A stretch of 63,901 nt of DNA, counting the filler, from Octopus bimaculoides (taxonomy: Eukaryota), in NCBI RefSeq assembly GCF_001194135.2. It is 7 parts of 7 records of this genome, joined end to end, with 100 filler letters (N's around TTAATTAATTAA, not from the genome) between each part and the next. Parts side by side here need not be neighbours in the genome. Positions count along the whole stretch, not along the records: positions 45,218 to 61,220 come from NC_068989.1; positions 61,321 to 63,901 come from NW_026429814.1; 5 more parts are not named here. The stretch is one strand, 5' to 3'. This document shows positions 53,505-63,901 of the stretch, one piece after another. Position numbers and translations under genes: made by a program. Every line of letters starts with the position of its first letter. Positions within the stretch are counted from its first letter, which is position 1. The notes beneath the pieces were generated by a model, which saw only the letters and a program-made list of their open reading frames with translations, searched no databases and was not told the DNA's origin.

Positions 53505-54320
53505 AAATTATATTCCAAGGTGGGCACAGAAAAGAGGTCACACCGGCTGAAGCGTAAAACAGAACGACTGCTTCATGTATGGGAATGAAAACCTTTTGGC
53601 CAGAAGAGGAAGGTGAGGAAAATGAAGTGAAGAGCAGGGAAAGAAGAGAATAACAGTAAGAATAGCAAGTACATAAAGTACAATAACAGTAAGAATAGCA
53701 AGTACATAAAGTACAAATTAGAAGACAGGAAAATAATCTACGCAGCTCCACAGACTGTCAGAGCAGAAGTGTCGACTTTTCCAGAACACCATCAGTTTGG
53801 GGGTCAGTAAACATCTTGATACCGGACGACCTCGAACCAGGGATCCACACGGATCTATGATCACCCTAATCCCCAATATTAGCAAGTATTCTCTTCAACA
53901 GGTCACCGATTTATAGGCACATGTTTAAAATAGTTCCATCTACTCTGACCATTTTCTCCACAATGACCTTTCCGAAAAATTTGGCTGGAGGAGAGCACTA
54001 ACTTCTCTACCCTCGCTTTTCTTTCTCCATGGAAATTCAAAAAGTGGACCGGAGAGGAAGTTGACTGCCCTCAGTCAATTTAGCCTTGTCAGCCATACAA
54101 CCTCTTTCACGATAGCTACCAGACAGAGGAAAACTGCCCGATTAAAGGAGGACGTTGGAGCAAGTTTCAAAAGGACTCAACCGAGAGTCGGATCCTTTCT
54201 GAACATGTTGACAGCTTCTCGACATAACTCCACAATCAGAAACGCCGGCCCATTGCACAGGTACATTTGGAGCAGTTTCGCAGCTTTGCCAGCCAGACAA
54301 CCAGACAACCAGACTTGTCT
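53505..54320 (-). mobile_element. Tx1/L1-like LINE 3' end (zinc-knuckle region, ORF2 C-terminus, 3' UTR), degenerate
   Basis: QSCET..VQ..SD/LWSYVEKL; RAVFLCLVAIVKEVVWLTRLN*LR..FLSG; RKARVEKLVLSSS; VEKMVRVDGTILNMCL* (stop at 53911); 33-bp tandem duplication at about 53648-53713 in the UTR. Confidence 0.75.
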
Positions 54321-54329
54321 CTGTAGGTG

Positions 54330-55695
54330 TCTGCGCACGCTATAGGGATGATGGAGCAGATTAGCCGTCTGATCTGTGGAACGCGCCCCCTAAACAGGTG
54401 GCAGAAAATAGTTTCTCCAAACTGGTCAAACGGGAACTGAGATAAGGCACGGTCAGACAGAAAATTATGACGGAGATGTTATAGGAAGTCCCCCACAACA
54501 TGACAACTTACATGGATAACGTTTTCTCAGTGTATTCGTGGGAATGGTCACTCTTCTAACTTTTACCCAGTTACAGTCCATTTAGAGGTCCGGACTAAAA
54601 CAAACTTCAAGCAGTTTAAGTAGTCGTCAATCAACCCAGCGCTTCAAAATACTGTCCAATAACATAGATTTAGCTCTTCAGGTACCGAGCAGTAAGCCAA
54701 CCAACTAGTCTGAATTTGCAAACCATTAAGCTCCGAAATACATGGGACAAAATACGCATCTCTCATGTTTTAACGCACAAGTCTTGGCGCTGACAAAAAC
54801 TGCTGCCTTCGTGTTAACGAAACGGCCGATGGCCATTCTAACCGGCAGCACGTTGATCATGATGCTTTTCCTAAACCTCTTTTCTGGTTTGCTAACTTGC
54901 ACTCCCTTTATTTTATTTCTCTTTATCGGTAGCTCCTTACTAAATGCTTTCACTTCTAGTCTAGTCACCCTCATTTAAGTACCCCACAACGAGTTAACGA
55001 TTGTCCCCATCAACTCCTGCTTGACTAACTCGCAAACTAGGTTCCTTTAGTCTCTCTGCACTGGGAAAAATGCCTTCCCAGTAGTACATGGGTACTTTTA
55101 CTTGTACTTGCGGCAGAATTCACTTGGTTACGTAAATACAAGTGATTTAGCGTTGGATCGAAGCATTGTCACGTGCCTAACACTCTCGGACCTCTAGGTA
55201 TATATGTAGTGTCCCTTTGTGAGACCAGTATTTTCAAAGGGCACATGCTCGTGTTCCTTCTGAAAGACTTCAATCTGTATACATCTTTTGATCAGCCTGA
55301 ATTGTGTAGAGTTATGTTTCGAAAAGATTCAGATCGCAAAGTACAGAAGATTTTCGAGGTGACCCCAGATGCTATGTCGGTGGCTCTGGACGTGAACAGC
55401 AACAAAAGAGATGCCTTCAGACTAGTAGCTTGTTTATGCCACCTCAGGATTATGTAGGAAACAGATTTATTCATGTGTCTGCACGCATTCTTAAGGACGT
55501 CGCGATGGAGCTGTTCAAGAACTGGAATGGCATCTTGGCCACACGCTGCTATTGGAGTATCTAATAGACTGATAGAAAAATAAGATATAACGTATTCGCA
55601 GACCTCCTTGGGATGTTCCAATTGTCTAAAAGGTATCAACTGAATTTTCCAAATGTAGAAATACGAATTTAAACAAACAGCATAGAGTAAATCAG
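54330..55695 (+). mobile_element. Tx1/L1-like LINE 5' part: probable ORF1 C-terminus, spacer, and N-half of the APE endonuclease
   Basis: LGIYVVSLCET..; DVNSNKRDAFRLVA-VYA; FLRTSR; NWNGIL; LLGMFQLSKRY..FPNV match APE motifs; ORF1 assignment is weaker. Confidence 0.7.
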
Positions 55696-55935
55696 TTACA
55701 CCTGTAAATGTATACCCGTGTTTGTCCCCCACCACCGCTTGACAACCGGTCTTGGTACGTTTACGTCCCCGAAACTTAGTGGTTCGGCAAAAGAGGGAAC
55801 GATAGAAGTAGTACGGCTTAAAAAAAAAAGTATTAGAATCGATTCATTCGACAAAATATTCTTCAAGGCGGTGCCCCAGCAAGGCCGCAGTCCAATGGCG
55901 GAAACAAGTAAAATATAAAGGTAAACATATATGTG

Positions 55936-55969
<34 letters not shown>

Positions 55970-57258
55970 NNNNNNNNNNNNNNNNNNNNNNNNNNNNNNN
56001 NNNNNNNNNNNNNNNNNNNNNNNNNNNNNNNNNNNNNNNNNNNNNNNNNNNNNNNNNNNNNNNNNNNNNNNNNNNNNNNNNNNNNNNNNNNNNNNNNNNN
56101 NNNNNNNNNNNNNNNNNNNNNNNNNNNNNNNNNNNNNNNNNNNNNNNNNNNNNNNNNNNNNNNNNNNNNNNNNNNNNNNNNNNNNNNNNNNNNNNNNNNN
56201 NNNNNNNNNNNNNNNNNNNNNNNNNNNNNNNNNNNNNNNNNNNNNNNNNNNNNNNNNNNNNNNNNNNNNNNNNNNNNNNNNNNNNNNNNNNNNNNNNNNN
56301 NNNNNNNNNNNNNNNNNNNNNNNNNNNNNNNNNNNNNNNNNNNNNNNNNNNNNNNNNNNNNNNNNNNNNNNNNNNNNNNNNNNNNNNNNNNNNNNNNNNN
56401 NNNNNNNNNNNNNNNNNNNNNNNNNNNNNNNNNNNNNNNNNNNNNNNNNNNNNNNNNNNNNNNNNNNNNNNNNNNNNNNNNNNNNNNNNNNNNNNNNNNN
56501 NNNNNNNNNNNNNNNNNNNNNNNNNNNNNNNNNNNNNNNNNNNNNNNNNNNNNNNNNNNNNNNNNNNNNNNNNNNNNNNNNNNNNNNNNNNNNNNNNNNN
56601 NNNNNNNNNNNNNNNNNNNNNNNNNNNNNNNNNNNNNNNNNNNNNNNNNNNNNNNNNNNNNNNNNNNTGTGTGTGTGTGTGTGTGTGTTCGGTTGTGTGT
56701 GTGTGTGTGTGTGTGTGTTCGATTGTGTGTGTGTATATGCGGTATATATGGTAGTGAGTAGAGTCTCTACTACGAAAGATGTCTTATACTGTTCGTTGAT
56801 GACTCTTTGGCGTATCCGTTGTCTGAGCTGTTATATATTATTGGCAGATGGGTGTATAGATCTGTTTTGGTTGTGTTATTGTAATGCCTGGTACGTGTAA
56901 GAACCTGCGCATTCTGTAGTTTGCTCCGTAGACGTTGCGCTATTAAACAGAGATTCTCTTTCGTAGAATGTGTAGTGCGTCAAACCGAGCCTATTTTTTG
57001 AACCGTGTAGAGTTGAGAGTTTTGTACGTTTTATATATTTTGGTTCCTGTTAGTTATCACATTATGGTGCTCCAGTTATTTTTTTCTTATTTTTACTTTC
57101 ACATCCCTCATTCTGCTTGTTTCAATATCAACGTCATTGTACTGTGATAGCTTTTCTACCTCCTTCTGCGCCATGTTTTACAGAAAAATTGAAATTTTTC
57201 CCGTCTTGTCCTTGATAATTCTATCTGAAATGTTCCCTTCGGCCCATTTGTCAGATTG

Positions 57259-57494
57259 CACCAGGGTTCTCAACCGGCGTCCATTTGACTCTTGAGGGTT
57301 TCGTATACGATCTTGTTGTTAAAATTTATGCAGAATAAATTGGTTATACTTTTACAATACACAAAATATTTTAACAATTTTTATACGATTCCTGATATTT
57401 AATTATAAAAATATAATTATTTTAACACTGAGAACTAGTGGTGTAAAACAGGTCTCAAATGGGTTCACGAGCAAAAAATGGTTGAGAACCACTG
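57259..57494. mobile_element. hAT (Charlie-like) MITE; a related single end at about 48375
   Basis: TIRs ..gggttctcaacc / ggttgagaaccactg; 8-bp TSD not clean. Confidence 0.65.
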
Positions 57495-57721
57495 CAATAG
57501 ACTATTATATCCCAGAGTTTTAACGGCTAGATTTTGACGTCATTTTGGGTACATACACATGTACATTTCTTTCACCAATTTTACACTGAGGCTGTCAGGT
57601 TATATTCCTCGGTACACACAGCTGAGAGCTCTATAGATTCTCTTAACAAATCCAAATTCAGCAAGCATTGGGCAGCATCTAGAAACGTTGAGGTGAGCTG
57701 TCTCATAGCTTTTATTATCAT

Positions 57722-58290
57722 TGAGTGAGTGAGAGAGCAGTGCATGTCATCAAAGTGACACTGGGGTAAAATATACGAAGCCCAATATACCCATCATGAC
57801 TACGCGTCTGATAAGGTTACACCAGGCACATGCATCACAANNNNNNNNNNCAATATACCCATCATGACTACGCGTCTGATAAGGTTACACCAGGCACATG
57901 CATCACAACCATATGTGCGCGACATGGTGATCTCATATCAAGATAAACAGCGCATGACCTTGTAGGTGGGGGGCCAAGTTAGAATTTTTTTCAGGTCGAG
58001 TAGTCCATCCCGCCTAAAAGGTCCCTGAATAAAGAATGTTTAAGGATGTTGAACGAAACACCCATGTTTCCAGAGGTGAATTATCCAAACCCCAAAGAAT
58101 TCCTCTCAACACATGGCTATGATGCTCCCCCATTACTTCTACTAGTGATGAGAGATGCACATATTGTCAGCCACTAAGGGACATGCTCAAATGGTTAAGG
58201 TCAAACAACTGACAAGAAAATGTGTGGTATTGAGTAGAATATTTGCTGTAGCCCATCTTTTATACCAAGACAAAACAATGTACGTAATAA
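57722..58290. repeat. Unclassified probable interspersed repeat, with an unmerged 58-bp assembly overlap around a 10-N gap
   Basis: 57783-57840 is repeated exactly at 57851-57908; repeat status itself is from recollection only. Confidence 0.45.
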
Positions 58291-58292
58291 CT

Positions 58293-59080
58293 TTTTGTGG
58301 AAGGGTCAGGTACCACTGGTCAGGCGCTCCATCTGCTGTCAACAGTCGCTGAACGGAGGCCTTGGCATGCCGTGGTTGCTGATGCGCAAACATGCGCTCA
58401 GGCTACGACATCTCAAGCGTTTCGTGGACGGTGAACAGGTGTGGTCGCCTTTCNNNNNNNNNNNNNNNNNNNNNNNNNNNNNNNNNNNNNNNNNNNNNNN
58501 NNNNNNNNNNNNNNNNNNNNNNNNNNNNNNNNNNNNNNNNNNNNNNNNNNNNNNNNNNNNNNNNNNNNNNNNNNNNNNNNNNNNNNNNNNNNNNNNNNNN
58601 NNNNNNNNNNNNNNNNNNNNNNNNNNNNNNNNNNNNNNNNNNNNNNNNNNNNNNNNNNNNNNNNNNNNNNNNNNNNNNNNNNNNNNNNNNNNNNNNNNNN
58701 NNNNNNNNNNNNNNNNNNNNNNNNNNNNNNNNNNNNNNNNNNNNNNNNNNNNNNNNNNNNNNNNNNNNNNNNNNNNNNNNNNNNNNNNNNNNNNNNNNNN
58801 NNNNNNNNNNNNNNNNNNNNNNNNNNNNNNNNNNNNNNNNNNNNNNNNNNNNNNNNNNNNNNNNNNNNNNNNNNNNNNNNNNNNNNNNNNNNNNNNNNNN
58901 NNNNNNCTATTTATTTATTTATCTATTTATTTATTTATTTATTATATCTTTCTCCGTTTTCTTCCTCTGTTTAGACGAACTTTCCTACCTTTTCGGACAA
59001 AACCTTTTGTAACCTTCTTCCTGTCTTTGTCCTTATATGTTTTTAATTGATATTAGCCCTTGTGTCCAATAAAACGAATT
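58293..59080 (+). mobile_element. Tx1/L1-like LINE post-RT fragment and probable 3' UTR across a gap
   Basis: LWKGQVPLVRRSICCQQSLNGGLGMPWLLMRKHALRLRHLKRFVDGEQVWSPF; post-gap pyrimidine-rich UTR ending cccttgtgtccaataaa. Confidence 0.75.
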
Positions 59081-59081
59081 A

Positions 59082-59515
59082 ATTATTATTATTATTATTA
59101 TTATTTTGTTTTTGCACAGCTTCTAACGCTGGAGATGTACTACGGTGTCAGCTGTTCACTACCTGTGATCTAAGGTAACACTCCTTATTTTTCGAGCACC
59201 ATCTGGAGTATTCGAATGGTTCCAAGCAGTGCTGTTTTCTGCAAGTGCTTCACCCCTATTGCAGCCCCTATTTGTTCCATGTACTTCTCGAGATTTTTGC
59301 TCACTGTTCCCAGGGCTCCGACAATTATTGGTACTACTACCACCTTTTTCGGCGACCACAACTACTTAACCTCCCAAGCTAACCTGTTATATCTACCAAC
59401 TTTTCTTTCTTCCTTATCGCATACCTTGTTGTCAGCTGGGCATGATATATCTATGATCAAGCATTGTTTGCTTTCTTTCTCAATTAACACTATGTCTGGT
59501 TTCCTATTCTCTATC
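59082..59515 (-). mobile_element. R4/Dong LINE 3' end A (restriction-like endonuclease domain)
   Basis: IENRKPDIVLIEKESKQCLIIDISCP..DKEERKVGRY..LAWEVK*LW...VVPIIVGALGTV...LQKTALLGTIRIL..* followed by an (AAT)n tail. Confidence 0.9.
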
Positions 59516-59710
59516 TTATTATTATTATTGTTCAGTAGTTTTATTTTTATAACGTGCTTTCACTTCACTACCGAGCGCAACTCTGTGCGCCTTGGGTATG
59601 TGCTGTGGTTTGCTGTGGTGCTCTTGTGTTTACTGTATTGAAAGTGTTTTGCGTAGAATGTGTGCAGTACCCAGTAGTGCAATTTTCTGTATGTTATATA
59701 TATTTGTAAG
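59516..59710 (-). mobile_element. R4/Dong LINE 3' end B
   Basis: YNIQKIALLGTAHILRKTLSIQ*, a different 3' UTR, (AAT)n tail; cut by a gap. Confidence 0.85.
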
Positions 59711-60227
59711 NNNNNNNNNNNNNNNNNNNNNNNNNNNNNNNNNNNNNNNNNNNNNNNNNNNNNNNNNNNNNNNNNNNNNNNNNNNNNNNNNNNNNNNNNN
59801 NNNNNNNNNNNNNNNNNNNNNNNNNNNNNNNNNNNNNNNNNNNNNNNNNNNNNNNNNNNNNNNNNNNNNNNNNNNNNNNNNNNNNNNNNNNNNNNNNNNN
59901 NNNNNNNNNNNNNNNNNNNNNNNNNNNNNNNNNNNNNNNNNNNNNNNNNNNNNNNNNNNNNNNNNNNNNNNNNNNNNNNNNNNNNNNNNNNNNNNNNNNN
60001 NNNNNNNNNNNNNNNNNNNNNNNNNNNNNNNNNNNNNNNNNNNNNNNNNNNNNNNNNNNNNNNNNNNNNNNNNNNNNNNNNNNNNNNNNNNNNNNNNNNN
60101 NNNNNNNNNNNNNNNNNNNNNNNNNNNNNNNNNNNNNNNNNNNNNNNNNNNNNNNNNNNNNNNNNNNNNNNNNNNNNNNNNNNNNNNNNNNNNNNNNNNN
60201 NNNNNNNNNNNNNNNNNNNNNNNNNNN

Positions 60228-60487
60228 TATTATTATTATTATTATTATTATTATTGTATGTTTGACTTTTGCTTTGCATTTGTACAAGTTGGATCCAAGT
60301 CTCACCCAGAGACCTCAAGAGACAACAAGTTAGAAGTTCATGTAGGTGTTATGCCTAGGGTACCATATATTTCGATTTGTACATAGTGTTGTTCTAGAGA
60401 ATGTTTAAGAAACCATAAGAAAATTACGTTTGTTTTAAAATTTGAGATCACATAGACAGTATTTTACGTAGGATATGGGCAGTTCCC

Positions 60488-60488
<1 letters not shown>
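60228..60488 (-). mobile_element. R4/Dong LINE 3' end C
   Basis: KGTAHILRKILSM*, a third distinct 3' UTR; (TTA)n on both sides. Confidence 0.8.
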
Positions 60489-60542
<54 letters not shown>

Positions 60543-60599
60543 CATCATCATCATCATCGTCATGAATCATCATCATCCACATCCTCATCGTCATCATCG

Positions 60600-60671
<72 letters not shown>

Positions 60672-60672
60672 A

Positions 60673-60860
60673 CGCAGTGAGCTGGCAGAATACTTATCTG
60701 CTTTTCGTCTCAGTCCATACGTTCCGAGTTCAAAATCCGCCGAGGTCGATTTTGCCTTTCATCCTTTCGAGGTCGATAAATTAAAGAACCAGAGACACTC
60801 TGGAGTCGATGTAATTGACTTAATCCCCTACTCTTCCAAATTTCAGGCATTGTGCCTATA
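60673..60860 (+). mobile_element. Family M SINE (another copy at 50020-50150)
   Basis: gagctggcagaa...gagttcaaaatccgccgaggtcgattttgcctttcatcctttcgaggtcgataaattaa. Confidence 0.85.
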
Positions 60861-61173
60861 GTACATACACTTGGTGAGACATTATTTAGGACTAACAGGA
60901 TGAGGATGAGGTGATTTCGCCTTTCGTGGCACATGGTGTGGTTAATGTAGTTCATATTTGACTTGAACTTTGGTAGACTTATGTCTATGCGGAAGGCATT
61001 GATTGACAACGGCTTTCAGCTGACTGAATTCTGGGAGGAATGGAATGGGATAGGTCTTTAATAGGAGAGATGACGGCGGACCTCTGAAGAATTTCGTCAT
61101 ACGACAATATTTACATATGTGTGTGGGCATAATGTGCGAATACTTGTGTGGCTTTTGCATGTTTGTGTGAGTG

Positions 61174-61220
<47 letters not shown>

Positions 61221-61320
61221 NNNNNNNNNNNNNNNNNNNNNNNNNNNNNNNNNNNNNNNNNNNNTTAATTAATTAANNNNNNNNNNNNNNNNNNNNNNNN
61301 NNNNNNNNNNNNNNNNNNNN

Positions 61321-61363
<43 letters not shown>

Positions 61364-61914
61364 GAACATGAGTTTGTGCGTGAGAGAGAGACAAGGCAAA
61401 TAAATTCAACAAATTGTGAAACACTTTACATGCGTTTGTATATTGACGAGATGAACTATAAAAACATACATAGGTGTCGAGAAGAAAAACATAACAGTAT
61501 GGTAATTAAAAAAGATCAAAAACTACATATAAAATTGCTCCGATGATGTTAACTGTGCTAAAAGAATATTCAAAAGAGGTCAAAATTGCCGATTAAAGGT
61601 AAAGACACATTATATCGATAATACATAGCCAATATTTGCTCAATAGCTTATCACATACAGATATAAACTGGACAAATGCTGTCGGCGAAGCGTGTCTCTT
61701 TTGATGTTAAGTCCAGGTGGAATGTTTTGCATTTTTTTAATGCTGTAGAGAATAAAGAGGATTGCAAAACGAAAAAAAAAAGTACAATTATCATTGCTTT
61801 GTAGATAGAGTCCAATAAGTTTAAATGCTAAGTTTAAACACGGAATAGGATGGATGTCATGATAACAAAATACTGAAATTGTCTTATATAATAAACAGTC
61901 AAGGTTGTTACTCT

Positions 61915-61948
<34 letters not shown>

Positions 61949-62453
61949 CACGATAGACAGAAACAATGTAAAGAGTTAATCGAAAATACTATGTTCACCG
62001 TCTATCACCATCATTATTAGCAGCAAATACATGCACGAAATAATATGAATCAAAGAGTGAAAATAAATACCTCCTGATGCATCGATTTCCATGACAAGTC
62101 AAAAATTCGTGTAAGTGTTTTTTTTAATCCCCCAAAAAGATAAGTTTGGGGGAGGGGTTGGGGCTACTCTACAGTATAATGACTATATTCCAAACAGTTT
62201 TGTATTGCAGATCCAAGTTTCAACCAGAGAACAGGCTGAAATAACAGAAATTGCTTAACGGCTCCGGTGAAAGAACTAATCAATTTCCGGTTTCAGTCAC
62301 ATCGAAGGGAGATTACTCCTCTCCTTGTGAGAACTTGCTCTCCTCGAACTCCAGCAGTGTCACTTCCGCCTGCTCTTTACTTGAGTTTTCTAAGTCAATT
62401 GAATCAGTTCTACTATATGACAGTTTCTTATTTGACCGTCATACCTAAATGGT

Positions 62454-62813
62454 GTGGAGGCGCAATGGCCCAGTGGTTAGGGCAGCGGACTAGCGGTTTC
62501 GATCCCCAGTTTGGGCGTTGTGAGTGTTTATTGAGCGAAAACACCTAAAGCTACACGAGGCTCCGGCAGGAGATAGTGGCGAATCCTGCTGTACTCTTTC
62601 ACCACAACTTTCTCTCACTCTTACTTCCTGTTTCTGTTGTGCCTGTAATTCAAAGGGTCGGCCTTGTCACACTGTGTCACGCTGAATATCCCCGAGAACT
62701 ACGTTAAGGGTACACGTGTCAGTGGAGTGCTCAGCCACTTGCACGTTAATTTCACGAGCAGGCTGTTCCGTTGATCGGATCAACTGGAACCTGCGACGGA
62801 GTGCCAACAACAA
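62454..62813 (+). mobile_element. Full-length family C SINE with perfect 14-bp TSD and (CAA)n tail
   Basis: catacctaaatggt at 62440-62453 and 62814-62827. Confidence 0.95.
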
Positions 62814-63401
62814 CATACCTAAATGGTATTACAAACCTGAATTGAAAAAGTTTTAACAGAGATACCCGGCGTTTCTCGGAATTAAATTGGCATAGTTTTT
62901 TATTCTTTTATTTGTTTCAACCACTTGACAGCAGCCACGCTGGGGCACTGCCTTTAGTCGAGCAGATCCACCCCATGACTTATTCTTTGTAAGCCTAGTA
63001 CTTATTCTATCGGTCTATTTTGCCGAACCGCTAGTTTACGGGGACGTAAACACATCAACATCGGTTGTCAAGCGAAGGTGGGGATACAAACACAGACACT
63101 CACACACACATATACGAAGGGTTTCTTTCAGTTTCTGTCAACCCAATCCAATCATAACGCTTTGGTTAACTCAAGGTTATAGTATATATATATATATTTT
63201 ATTATATGTATTTATTTTCTCCTGATTTATAAATAACTCGGACAAAATAAATTGGTTAATAGATACCAGGGTAGCAAAGATCACAAAATGACTGTGGTGT
63301 AACTCCTGTTTATGAGGTAGAAACTCCTTGTTATTTTGGGTACTTGAGTATATATAAATTTAGTGAATGGAGTAAAACACATATGTTAACTGCATACTTT
63401 T

Positions 63402-63488
63402 ATTTCCAACATATGTTTCGAAGCTTACAAATTATACCTTCCATAGGAATCGGTGATGTTAAAAATGTAATCTTCTCTTCAGGGAAAT
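63402..63488 (-). ncRNA. Type I hammerhead ribozyme motif with extended stem II (family B)
   Basis: Minus strand ATTTCC-CTGAAGA-GAAGATTACA-(36-nt loop)-TGTAAGCTTC-GAAAC-ATAT-GTT-GGAAAT. Stem I 6/6, stem II 9/10 with canonical G-C closing pair, palindromic stem III ACATATGT, GUU triplet. Confidence 0.85.
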
Positions 63489-63854
63489 GCATGGGAACCA
63501 GCTTAAACGTAAGACATTTTAACCGAATATGAGAACTATAGCTGGAGAAGGTTGTTACGTAATTTATTTGAAAAAGCCGTTGGAAATTAGGACGCTACCA
63601 GACAGTACATTGGACAAGAAGGGAAGAAAAGAAGAAAGAAAATTCAGAGTGTGAAGTTGGGAGATAATAAGATGATTTAAATCCGATAAAGATTGGAGAG
63701 GAATGTTATGTAAATAATGGGATCGTAAAGGAGAGTTAATCTTGTATTTCTACAAAAAGTGCTGAGATAAATGTGTATAATCATATATACTCATGTATAC
63801 GCACATACGTATACTCGTATAAATACATATATACATACATATATACACATACGT

Positions 63855-63901
<47 letters not shown>

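Noticed and set aside
56750-57240. Complex sequence that might be a decayed retroelement coding region
   Set aside because: No family motif could be recognised in any frame by eye; needs tblastx or Dfam search.
57783-57908. Exact 58-bp tandem duplication
   Set aside because: Flanks a 10-N gap; unmerged contig overlap.
58025-58072. CTGAATA...GAAAC...GTT
   Set aside because: Core mismatch, extra spacer before stem II, and no stem I pairing.

Overview
Repeat-dominated, heavily gapped eukaryotic DNA. The SINE families and the extreme microsatellite density point to a coleoid cephalopod, probably Octopus; this is an inference. No intact host protein-coding gene is recognisable, and most long ORFs in the track are microsatellite or N-gap artefacts. 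The window holds four mariner relics, three Penelope-like element (PLE) fragments, a split and partly inverted Tx1/L1-like LINE, and three stacked R4/Dong LINE 3' ends at (TAA)n tracts. It also holds RTE-tailed elements, three tRNA-derived SINE families in many copies, and TTAA (piggyBac-type) and hAT-type MITEs. The most interesting signal is invisible in the ORF track: a set of minimal type I hammerhead ribozyme motifs. Family A lies at 10491-10533 (+) and 16719-16764 (-). The second copy sits in a 352-nt unit with about 115 nt of terminal redundancy and conserved, partly covarying hairpins. Family B lies at 63402-63488 (-, well paired), with a truncated copy at 30416-30478. A half motif of a third type lies at 27402-27425. 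Together these look like retrozyme-like or PLE pseudo-LTR-derived non-autonomous elements. Six artificial TTAATTAATTAA spacers mark scaffold joins, so adjacency across them is not reliable. All alignments and translations were done by eye; no database search was run.
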